Positions 38,752 to 50,700 of a DNA stretch of 64,000 nt are shown here, one piece after another. The notes under the pieces were generated by a model. That model did no database searches, was not told where the DNA came from, and was given only the letters and a program-made list of their open reading frames with translations. This DNA comes from Antedon mediterranea. Its lineage: Eukaryota; Animalia; Echinodermata. The stretch's first letter is position 1. Each line of letters begins with the position of its first letter. The stretch is from contig NC_092672.1 in assembly GCF_964355755.1 (NCBI RefSeq), forward strand, positions 14,384,001 through 14,448,000. The letters are read 5' to 3'. The position numbers and the translations under genes are program-made.

Positions 38752-41700
38752 ATGGCATCTACATTGAGATGTATGTCGTTGTGGTTACTGCTACTACTCA
38801 TAATCGGTGTTCTATCACCACTGGCCGCCGAGACGTCAAATAAGGCAGGTTATTTTTTATTAATAGATTATTACTGTACCTGTAAATTAAGCCTAGCTAG
38901 GGCGTAGGTAGCCCAAATCTAGGCTATGTAGGCTACGTATGTAGGGGAGTATGGTCGAAGCGGCCGCCAGTTTAATATCGTCATTTGTATGGAACGCCAT
39001 GTGGGCTGTAATCTTTGATTTTTGTTAAGTTGTCAACGCCATGGCCTATATCGAATCGTATACAGTATTGCGTTAATAATTTACGTACGGTATTGTCGAA
39101 TCTTTATATCTCATTTACATACTATCGAATCTTTATACAGTATTGCATTAATAATTTACGTATATGTACGGTATTGTCGAATCTTTATATCTCATTTACA
39201 TACTATCGAATCGTTATACAGTATTGCATTAATAATTTACGTATATATACGGTATTGTCGAATCTTTATATCTCATTTACATACTATCGAATCGTTATAC
39301 AGTATTGCATTAATAATTTACGTATACGGTATTGTCGAATCTTTATATCTCATTTACATACTATCGAATCTTTATACAGTATAGCATTAATAATGGTTCT
39401 AGGACACCTACCCCCTAGACAGTTACCCCCGGATGTTTACCACCCGGACAACTACCCCCTTAGGACATCTATCCCCTTAGGACATCTATCCCCCGGACAA
39501 CGAGCCCCGGACAACTACCCCCTTAGGACAACTACCCCTTAGGAAAACAATCCCCCGGACAACTACCCCCGGACAACCACCCCCCTTAGGACAACTACCC
39601 CCTTAGGATAACTACCCCCCGGTCAACTAACCCCCGGTCAACTAACCCCCGGTCAACTAACCCCCGGTCAACTATCCCCCCCCCCCCCCCAATCCAAAAG
39701 TAGACAAATATATAGGACCGGTTTCTGTAAAAATGAAATCATCTGTTTTTAACGGGTGTTTCGAAACTAGAGACCCGAGACCAGAGACCTGACACGAGAC
39801 CCAATACGAAAAGGGAGACCTATATTTGGGTCTCCCTTTTCGTATATTAATTATTAGGGTCTCCCTTTTCGTATAGTGTGGTCTCTCTTTTCGTATAGTG
39901 GGGTCTCCCTTTTCTTATAGTGGGGTCTCCCTTTTCTTATAGTGGGTCTTCCTTTTCGTATATTTGGATCTCCCATTTTGTATATTTGGATCTACCATTT
40001 TGTATATTTGGGTCTCCCTTTTCGTATAATTGGGTCTCCCTTTTCGTATATTTAGGTCTCCCTTTTCGTATATTAGGGTCTCCCTTTTTGTCGTATAGTG
40101 GGGTCTCCCTTTTCGTCGTATAGTGGGGTCTCCCTTTTCGTACATGGGTCTCCCTTTTCGTATTGGGTCTCGGGTCTCTGGTCTCTGGTCTCGGGTCTCT
40201 AGTTTGAAACACCCGTTTTTAACTGATTATTCTGTTTAACAGCACGCTAGACCCTAGATGTGCTAGATTTAAAGTACCGTATTTATTGAAAAAACGGCCT
40301 GGGCTGTTTATTTTTTAGGTGGACATTTATTGGAAGAAAGTTGTTTATTCAATGGGAGGGGGTATAATCTAATGGAAATTGTCCGGGGGTAATTGTTCCT
40401 AGCGGGTAATTGTTCCTAGGGGGTAATTGTTCCTAGGGGGTAATTGTTCCTAGCGGGTAATTGTTCCTAGGGGGTAATTGTTCCTAGGGGGTAATTGTTC
40501 CTAGGGGGTAATTGTTCCTAGGGGGTAATTGTTCCTAGGGGGTAATTGTTCCTAGGGGGTAATTGTTCCTAGGGGGTAATTGTTCCTAGGGGGTAATTAT
40601 TCCTAGGGGGTAATTATTCCTAGGGGGTAATTATTCCTAGGGGGTAGTTGTCCTAAAGGGGTAGTTGTCCTAAAGGGGTAGTTGTCCTAAAGGGGTAGTT
40701 GTCCTAAAGGGGTAGTTGTCCTAAAGGGGTAGTTGTCCTAAAGGGGTAGTTGTCCTAAAGGGGTAGTTGTCCGGGGGATATTTGTCCGGGGTATTTGTCC
40801 TAAAGGGGTAGTTGTCTAAGGGGTTAGTGGTCCAGGTGGTGGTTGTCCGGGGGGTAATTTTCCGGGGGTAAATGTCCAGGGGGTGAATATCCGGATACGT
40901 TAATAATGTACGTACGGTATTGTCGAATCTTTATCTCATTTACATACTATCTAATCTTTATACAGTATTGCATTACTGTAATAATTTACGTACAGTATTG
41001 TCAAATCTTTATATCTCATTTACATACTATACTATCGAATCTTGGTTTTTATTATGAGTAATAGGGTGTGTTATTCTATTGTAATACATTGTTTGTGTTT
41101 TCAATAGCCGCCAGTCGAGTTATTATCAGAAATTCGCGTAATTAATTACCGTACAGTACAAATACTTGCATCTTATTTAAGTATTAAAACTAATTTTAAA
41201 TTGATTTATATAGCTGAAGGTATAAAATAATGTAGGATATTAAATAAATAAATTGCTGTCATCATGTTATTGTAAATAAATTAGAAGTTAACAAATTATG
41301 ATTGCGAACACTACTAGTTACTTTACTGATTAATTAATATACAATAACAAATATATATATATATATATATATTATTTGTGAATACATTAATTAATTAATT
41401 AATACATTAATCATGATTAATTTAATCATGGAGGTATCTATTTTTATACCTCCATGATTTAATTATAGATTTTCAAAGATAATAATAAAAAAATATACGG
41501 TATTTTAAGAATATTGATGATATTATTATTAGGGACTATAAAGTATACTTAAAACAAGCTCACGATAAAGGATTCACAATACTATTTAGTAAAATTATAA
41601 TTACCGTAGTATCATTAATCACTTCAGAATTAACTTAAGTGATGAAAACGCAATGTTAGGTAAAATCATGCTTTGTTTTTAAAAATCTAAAGACTAAAAT

Positions 41701-44700
41701 AAAATGCATTTATAGATTTTGTAAGTAAAATGTAGTCTATGGTGTATATCATTGAATTTGTACGATTTTGAGTTGTATTTTGTGCACACTACCATTTCGT
41801 AAGTTCTTTCTTGGCTTTTGCCCGCGCGGTTTTCTCTCTGCATGGTCTTATCTTAGCTTTAGAAACACCCATCAGTAGAGGGTAAAATATTATACACATT
41901 TGTTTTATTAGATTTTTTTATTTTGTTTTCGGTTTGTTTACGGTTGTTTTTGGTTGTTTTCGGTAATTAGACTGACCCCTAATGCACTTACCCATTCAGC
42001 CATCCAACCGGCTTACTTACAATGCACCGCACATCATAACACATTAGTATTTTATCAAAAGACATAGGGGGTGCTATATAGGTGTGGATGTAGCCTGGAA
42101 ATTGTATGTACATAGAGGCATAGAGGCAGCCAGTACTTTTTTATCTCTCTGAAGATCTCGCTTCATGAATTAATAAGGCCTACTGTATACTGAATGATGA
42201 TGGTATCGTATCAATTGATATTATAATATAAAAATAATTAAATACTGAAAGCTACTATCAATGATGATTGTCGAAAATGTGATTTTCAATTTCATACTTA
42301 CCATAAAATCAAGTGAAATTGTGAAGCCAATATTTGCAAGATATCAAATCAAATCACTTTATTTCATTCTCATAGGAAAATATTTCATAGTATAGTACAT
42401 AAAATTATTTTAAACATTTGGTTAAAAATAAATATTGTACATCAAAAAACATAATTTAATAGTATACATAAAAAAAGGTATAAGTCACAATTCCAAGGTA
42501 GTAAAAATATTGTATTTTATATTTTTTATTACAGATATCACGAGTTAAAAGAAAAACCTGTGAAGTAAGTTCTTTTCTAATTAGCAAAAAAATATTTTAT
42601 TAGAAATACTGTATATTACATAGTAATATATGATGATTAGGATTTGATTTGGGAAGGATATGATTATAATTAGCCACATTTAATGGACTATCGCACCTCA
42701 CAGTTTTTGTCAATATCAATGTATCCAAAATATTTTCAAAGTAAAGATAATCTAGAAGAAGTTTTAAATATTCATCTGGTTTGGACAATTGGAAAATAAG
42801 TTACTTTTTTAAAGCCTAGTTTCCAGTCGTAACAAATTGCGTAATTTTTACAATGAAAATTGGGATTGTAGCTGATGCAGAAATGTAGTTGAAAGTAGTT
42901 GTTAGGGGCAGTTGTTCTAGATTCGGCCTTTGGGAATTATAATTATTGTTGCCTACATATTAATTTGACTTATTTAAAATATTTATTGTTTGATTTCAAT
43001 ATTGTGTGGGACCTATTGTGTAAAATGATTTCTGTTTTGAGAGTAGTTTAATAGTATAATACCAAAAGAGAACACTAGAGGACAAAACAATATGGTTATA
43101 CACATGAATAAAGAATACTCACATATATTTAATGAGAGATAATTTCACGCTTTACTGAAAAAACTATTGTTCTTTTACTTTCATAACTAAAATGGTATGA
43201 AATGGATGGAAATATTTCATTCCTGATACAATGTTGAAGTATGTCTATTGTATAGGCCTATTTAAAAAATGCAAACAAATTGAATAAAGGATTAAGATTC
43301 ACTGAAAACATTAAAAAATGGATACCATTAAAAATAGCAGCTGAGAAACACAAAATTTCGTGCAGGATTTGAAAGCCAATCAGAAACCAATAGTTATCGC
43401 ATCATATGCATTGTAATCTTTCCGCAACTTCTGAAAGAGGAAGCTGCCTCTGCATAATAGGCAAGGAGGCAGGGGAAATTCGTACAAATGGGAAAAATAG
43501 AGAGCGTGTGGGAATGCAAAGGAGGAAGAAAGAATTTAGGAAATCAAAAATGGGTTGATTGTAGATCAATGCTTGTATATGTATCGATAGTATTAAATCA
43601 AAATCAGTAACACTTTCTAGCTACTGTATGACAATGGTAGCATAGATTCAGTATTCCAAGTGTTCCGCCTTCAATGAAATTTTAAAAGGGAAATTCCCGG
43701 ACTATCAGCTAAAACATGCAAGTCCTCTGTAGTCGTAGTTCCACAGCAATGTTTACTACACTAGTTGTTTATGGTGTATCTAAAATGAGGCCTATTTATC
43801 CTTCTCAATATAGCCAGACATTTTCAAAGTATATAAGTGTAATTTCCAGGGACCTAGCAGCTCTATTTTTCAAAATCCTGCCGCCACCACTTGGATAAGG
43901 GGTTTTCTTGATTTTAGCTTTTTATCAATATTATTGTGATATAAATGTTTACATCAACCATTTTTTTCAGAATTGTTCTACTGCCAATTTCGAAAGTGAA
44001 GCTGTTACTGTTTGTCATGAACTAGATTCTCAGGAATGTTGTAGAGTTTGTGAAAAAGGACAATATAGGATTGACAATGCCTGTCAATATAATAATGATA
44101 CCCGTGAACTTCAATTCAAGTAATCCTTTTTAATTGTTTCAATAGAAATAGATTTTAAGCTTCCAAAGAAGCATATGACTGTATCTTAATGTTAAAGTTT
44201 ATTTATAAAATTGGTTTAAGGAGAACCTAATAAAAACCCTGGGCCAATGACCCAACACACAAACGAGAACCTCTTGTAGACTTCACCAGCTTATGTATTG
44301 AAATGCAGGACAAATGGATACTTAAGCTTGGTTCCCACTAGAACGTAACGCAAGGACGTAAACGCAACGCAAGCGTTTTAACCAATGACAAGCGAAGTTA
44401 TAGACAGTTAGCAATCACAAGCGAATAAGCCATCGCTTGTGATTGGTCAATTCACTTGCGTTGCGTTACGTCCTTTAGACCCATTAATAACATATATACA
44501 TAATGAAAAATGTTATTCTCAACAGTTCAAATTAGTGAAAGAATATATATAGCCCTTATCAGAAAAAACCCAGATAAATACATTGTACAGTAGACGTACC
44601 ATAAGGATCATGTGCTATACTGTATTGCTAAACAATACTTTCATATTGACAAGTAGTCAAATAAGTAAATAACATAGTTATTATATTAATAATGATATTA

Positions 44701-47700
44701 TCATGTTTTTATTGTATAAATTGCTCTGTACAGTATACAGTATTAAACTAAAATATTCCTACAACAACATTGAATGTGAACAAAATTTTAATTTTATGGT
44801 TTTTTTTTTAAATATCGTCATTGTGAAGAGTTAAAATCTCTCTTTTTAGTGTGTTTTTTTTATATTTCATTATTTATTATATTATTATTTAGGATTCTTT
44901 AAACACTAAGCTTTTGTATATTTTATGTATTTTCAAAGTTGTGAACGGTGTGGAACAGGAACCTATCAAGATGGATTCAACGTAAAATCAAAATGTGATC
45001 AATGCCCACTGCCATCAGTTTCTTGTCAACAAGGTGAAGTGGTAAGAGACTTAATTTTTAAGATGCTATACATTATTATATTAAGTATTGATTTGATTTG
45101 ATTAGAATTTATTAGGAAAATCATCATAAAATATATACAAAGTGATAACATAAATGACTGACATTACAAATAAATACATTTATATAAGATTTTCCAGGAT
45201 AACCCAAAAAGCTTATTAGCTTATTTCCATTGGGATATTAGGGTGATATTTTCCCCATAGGCCTATTTTGAGTAAAGCGTCGCAACAAGGCGCTTCGCGC
45301 AAGTCAGCGTTTGCACATAGCGGAAAAAGGTGCTTGTCCAGGGCTGTCGACAGGACCTGTGGCGAAGCGAACTTTGTTAAATGACGCCCCAGATGGCTCG
45401 AAATGGTACTCTAGCACATAAAATTCATGATAAATGGCACCTCTAATTTGCAGGAAAAGACACTCTCATATGTAGTATGCTACCAATGAGCAAAACGATC
45501 ATACTTTTTCCCTCCAATAAACACACATGACTAATTACAGGACGATATAACATTTTGTTACCGATTTCATTCACTCAGTATTTAGTTTTGATTGCGTTTA
45601 AGTTCAATGCAAACGTACATCTAGGGGAAGCCCCAAAAAAGCGCAAAATGTAAAGCTTATTATAGCTCTTTTTTAAAATTTATTACATCAATTTGTTGAA
45701 GAAATTAAATGTATAAATATAAATAGGTATTGATACAGTTGGGTGGGTGGCATAGAAAAAAAAATATAATGTAAATATATGTATATGCTATAATGTATAC
45801 TACAGTACACAGTGTACTATATTATTATTAACATATCCTCTATGATGATGATCTGTAGGTAACCAGGGCGTTCCATTTTTGACGTATATACACTTTTATT
45901 TATGATTGCTGACTCCCAGCAATCTAAACAATAGGTAGGCCTACGGGCGGTTGTGTGGCGGTGTCCCTTGTAGTGCCCCCGAGTATGGGTACGATACACG
46001 CGTCAATATCATGTTACATCCAGTGAACAAAATGCGTTTATTTTTCAGCTTTTTTTCAACTCTTAGAAATTTACAGACGGCAATGGTGACCTCTAATAAA
46101 AAGTAAATTAGCACGGCGCTGAAACGATGTGTTTTAATCAAAAGTGAAAGTAATTTTACTCTTTTTTTACACAAGTGCTCGAATAAAATTGAATTAAATT
46201 GAATTGATGATCTCTTTTAAACTTTTCTCTCAAATAAGGTACTGATTTCCATAAAAAATCTTATGAACATGGTTTAGCTTGAGTTGGCAAATATCCTCTT
46301 GACATAATTGACAGATTTGTTGGTTCAGTTCGTCTTCCGTTATGTGTTCGATTATTTTTAACTAATTTAAGCCAAGTAACTTTTTTTTTTGAGTAGTTTA
46401 AAGTTTTCAAAGTGACAAGTAATGAGTGCAGAACACAGAATTTTATGTGAAAAAAAATTAGACATACAGAATGTCTGTACAAGTCTTGAGTTAGTCTTAC
46501 TAAGAACTTTTTGAATGAACCATCGGCTGCCATAAACAAGCTTTTTAAATTTTTTTGGTACATTTCTTTCTAACGAACATTGTATACAGTACTTGCTTTA
46601 CTGCTTGATAAATTCAATTGACGTTTAAAATAAGATATTCTACAATAAATGACACGAACTAGGCCTATAAGTTTGATTTTCCAACACACCTCGTGTATAG
46701 GCAACGTACATGTCGCAACTCATCGTGAGGTGGTGGTTTCAGAGGGATGTCCATGATTGAATACACAGTACAGTATATATTGCAAAACACATGCACGGGC
46801 CTGGACGATAAATACCTGGCCCTTATTAATTTTGTATATTTTTTTTTTATACCCGGTGGCACATTGTAAAATAATATTTTAGAATTCCAGCAAATTATGT
46901 GCTGTTTTTTACAACTGCATTTTTGTATTCTTGTATAAGCCCACACCCCCCCCCCCCCCCCAAACTTGACGTTATTTTATGTTCCAGGGATATGGTGGGC
47001 TTATATATGCGTCAGTACGGTAATTATATCTGCTTTTGTTATTATTATTATTTAACAATAAGTAACAACAGTATTTTAACAATATCATCACATGAAAAAT
47101 CTACATCTTCACATTTATCTTTGATAAATTGTTCTACAAAGTGAGGCGTTTTTCCATCAGGTTCATTTGTGTACAATGTATTAAAACAATAATCTCATAA
47201 TCTTGTTGTATAAAAGAATCAAGTAGATATGTGTGAGTCACTTGCATTAACATAATTATATTCTAATCTTTAAAATTGAAGTCTGTGTTTATGAAAACTG
47301 TCAATATGTCCTAAGATGCGTTAATAAAAGTGTATTGTTCTCTTACTTGTCTTCTGTAACAGTACAGTACACCTATTAAAAGATATCCCAATATGTTGTC
47401 ACGGTTACCATGCAAATTATAATGACATTTTATACCAGCAGCCAATTAGAAAACATGTCGGAACATGCATGTTTTAGTAGCTTCATACAAAATCAGATAG
47501 AAATGTTTCCAAAACCATGGCAAATTCTCATGTAATTTTCAAATGTGAAATAATAAAATATTTGTAGTTAAAAACAAAGTTTTATTGAATAATGTATTAT
47601 TATTTATGTTATTATTAGAATCTGTGGTATTACTACTGTAATATACAAGCATAAAAACATAAAAGAAAAAGTGATTTTGGGTCCTTTGAAATTATGTTTT

Positions 47701-50700
47701 GTGGAGATATGAGGTTTTAGAATAGCAATGAATCATTTCAATTCAATTCAAATGCATTGATGATACATAAGTTGAATATAGTTCTAATTGAATATCACCC
47801 ACAATCTTCCAATCAAATGATAAAGATCTTTCTTACTGTTAATGTTTAAGTCAGGGGCTGTGGACTGACCATCTTCATCGGGGAAATCCTGGCGCTACCA
47901 CTGGTTTAAGTAAAGCATGGTTTCCACCAGTGATGCATCGTAAAAAAATTCCATTCCAATAATTGTGCTTGCGCCTGCCTGCGTGAAATCAAACCTGGTT
48001 GTGTCAATGTTTGTTTTCGTAATTAAATGGATGAAATAAACTTATGTCAAAAATCAGTGTCATGGACCAGGCCAAAATCGTTTTGTTCTCATTTTCAAAG
48101 TTCTCTTGAAATGACTCGTATTTCATTCATTCAAATATTAATTTTGTATAGGCAGTCTTTTATTTCAGTCAGAATCTGTGGTCCATAGAACATAATTACG
48201 TATAAATTAAAAAATAAAAAGATATGAGTGACAATGAAGGGGCGAATCTAGGATTTTGAGGAGAATTTAGTTAAATCACACCCCTAGAGGGTTTAAAATG
48301 GTACCCTCGCACATGAAATTCATTATAAATGGCACCTCCAGATGACAGGAAATGACACTAAAAAGGACTGGAAATGACATGTAGCGCTAGTTATTTTTGC
48401 GCAAGTAAATACATGTTTAAGTGTGTTAAATGCACATCGTCTGTGTTAAAACTGTGTTAGAACCACCAATTGTTTTTGATCGTTCACAGCATTAAGTTGC
48501 ATTTTTAATATCAGAAAACAGGCGCTTTTTTTAGATCGTATTGTTTTTATATATATTATTATATTATAATATTCTCTGACAGCCCTGGTATAACGACGTT
48601 ATTATAGATATGGCATGAAATGGGATCTTAATTAGTGATGAAAAATATTTAGTATGAAATTAAGGGTGTTGCCCGGGCAACTGGGACAAAACCGCTGCGT
48701 CCGCTGCCCTTGAAATACAACACTAAAATATAACATTTTCATTTTCAAAATTTATATGGTGTATAGGGAGGAAGAATTTAGCATCTCCAACCTTTTCGAA
48801 TATGGAATTTCCACACACAATTTATCAAATTCTGCTATGGATGTATTTTCCCCCGAAAATATGAAAAATGAAGAATAATAAATCAGACTTCAAATAGGCC
48901 ATTTTGCAATTTTAACGAAACAGTTAATTGACAATTTAAGTAATTTTTGCTTTAGATTATATTTTTTCATGTAAATAATTTTTTTTTTTTTCGATTCAGT
49001 TTGTGGTAAAAGTGAATAACTATTACGTGACATTAAAATGGCATATTAAACAAAAAATGTGTTTTTAAAAAACTGTTAAGATGACAATATATCTTTAAAT
49101 GTTAATAGCATTATTTAATATTATTTATACACTGCAGTGCTGATTGATATTAAATTTCTTTTTTTATGATATTATGCCTCGTCCCCTATTTGAAATCATT
49201 TATGGCTGTTCATATTTAAAAGGAAAACTAAAGATCATTACAAATTTCTCAAAAAATAATTACAACTCCTAACATTGACATTTTTAAAAATTTTTATTTT
49301 ATAGCTCAGTGAAGATTGTAACAAATACTCAGGCGAATATAAATGTCACAGGCCCAAAAGTGAGTTATATACATTTTTTATAATTTCAAGAAAAATGTTT
49401 ACAAAGGTCTGAATAACTGTGATTGTGTCTTGGAATCAACAATTAACTTTACTTAATGAGATGTCTAATCTAAAATTTATAATAAAGTAATACGAGTTTA
49501 ACTCCAAATAAAGAGATAGAATGATCTATTTGATCATTTTCAAGAATCTGATTCTCAAAAATAATCATAAAAGATCTCAACAGTGTGCTGTCTCTTTTGG
49601 TTTTATTTATGTTTAATGTATACATTGTTTGTTATTCAGTTTATTAACACAATAGATTTTCAACATTTTTTTCTCTTTAACGGAACCAGTTAATACTTCT
49701 ACCACTGAGCCGCCTTATTATACAGGTAAGTACAGTAATACAATATTGTGTAGTTACAAAGCATTTATATGCCTCAATTAGAGAAGAAGCAATACATTGA
49801 TAATTGCATAGTACAGTATGACAACCTTGTAATTTCTGTACATACATGACATAAAATGTGTGTTTTAATCCATCAAGAGAGTCATCATGGTTTTGATTAA
49901 ATTTGTTGTTTTTTCCATCATAGTTTTCATTGTAGTAGTGTTTGTTTTATCATTATAAATTACAGGTTTGTACCTTCTGGGATTGTTGTGATTTTTTTAT
50001 ATAACAAATACATTAATTAATTTTGTTTATAATAATTTTTTTCAATTGATTTTAGAAAGTGTAATAACCAGTGAAAACCCTCATACTGGTACTGATAATT
50101 CTACCAATTCAGGTAGGTCTCTAGTCTTGGCATGTTGAAGTACAGTATTACACTCATTGGAAACCACTGCCACAGAAATTCTTTTAGACTGTTTGTTAAG
50201 TTAAATTGTTTGTCTGATGCTTCAACAAAATATCATAAGGCTATTCATTTTTATTGGCATGGACAATTTCGATTGATATACCGAATTCTTATTTTCTACA
50301 AAAAGATGTTGGGCTCTTGACAAATAATGCTATGTAAATATGTCATACAAAACTGTTCAAAAGAAAAAACAATAAATCATAGTAAAAAGTTAGTTCATAA
50401 TAACATCGCTTGACTTGAAAATGAATAACAGCATACTATCATCAAAATAAACTCTTCAGACTACTCGGAAAGAATTATATTCTGTAGTGCCTTGCTGCCT
50501 CGTCATGTAATGAAAAGAATTTTGGAATAGAGTTGTTTGAGCCATATTATTGCCATGATACTTAAATCATGACAATATTTTACCTAAATTAAGTGTAGAG
50601 ACATTTTGTTTTTATATTTTCAGATGATAATAATAATATTGGGAAGATTGTAGGCAGTGTTGCTGGAGGATTATGCTTTGTAATTTTAGTCATCGTTATT

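Larger units (their letters stand above)
39050..41040. repeat. 75-81-bp AT-rich tandem repeat interrupted by a foldback element
   Basis: Unit TATACAGTATTGCATTAATAATTTACG(TA)nCGGTATTGTCGAATCTTTATATCTCATTTACATACTATCGAATC at 39050-39394, resuming at 40900-41040. Confidence 0.9.

Noticed and set aside
39015-40212. Several ORFs with repeated peptides
   Set aside because: Translations of minisatellite and MITE arrays inside TNFR intron 1.
43716-43898. ORF MQVLCSRSS.. as the first TNFR coding exon
   Set aside because: Poor signal peptide and no good phase-0 donor; 38752-38844 plus 42535-42564 fit much better.
49924-49965. Extra hydrophobic TNFR exon
   Set aside because: Contains an in-frame TAA in the required phase; the real TM exon is 50624-50716. 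A rare terminal-exon use cannot be excluded.
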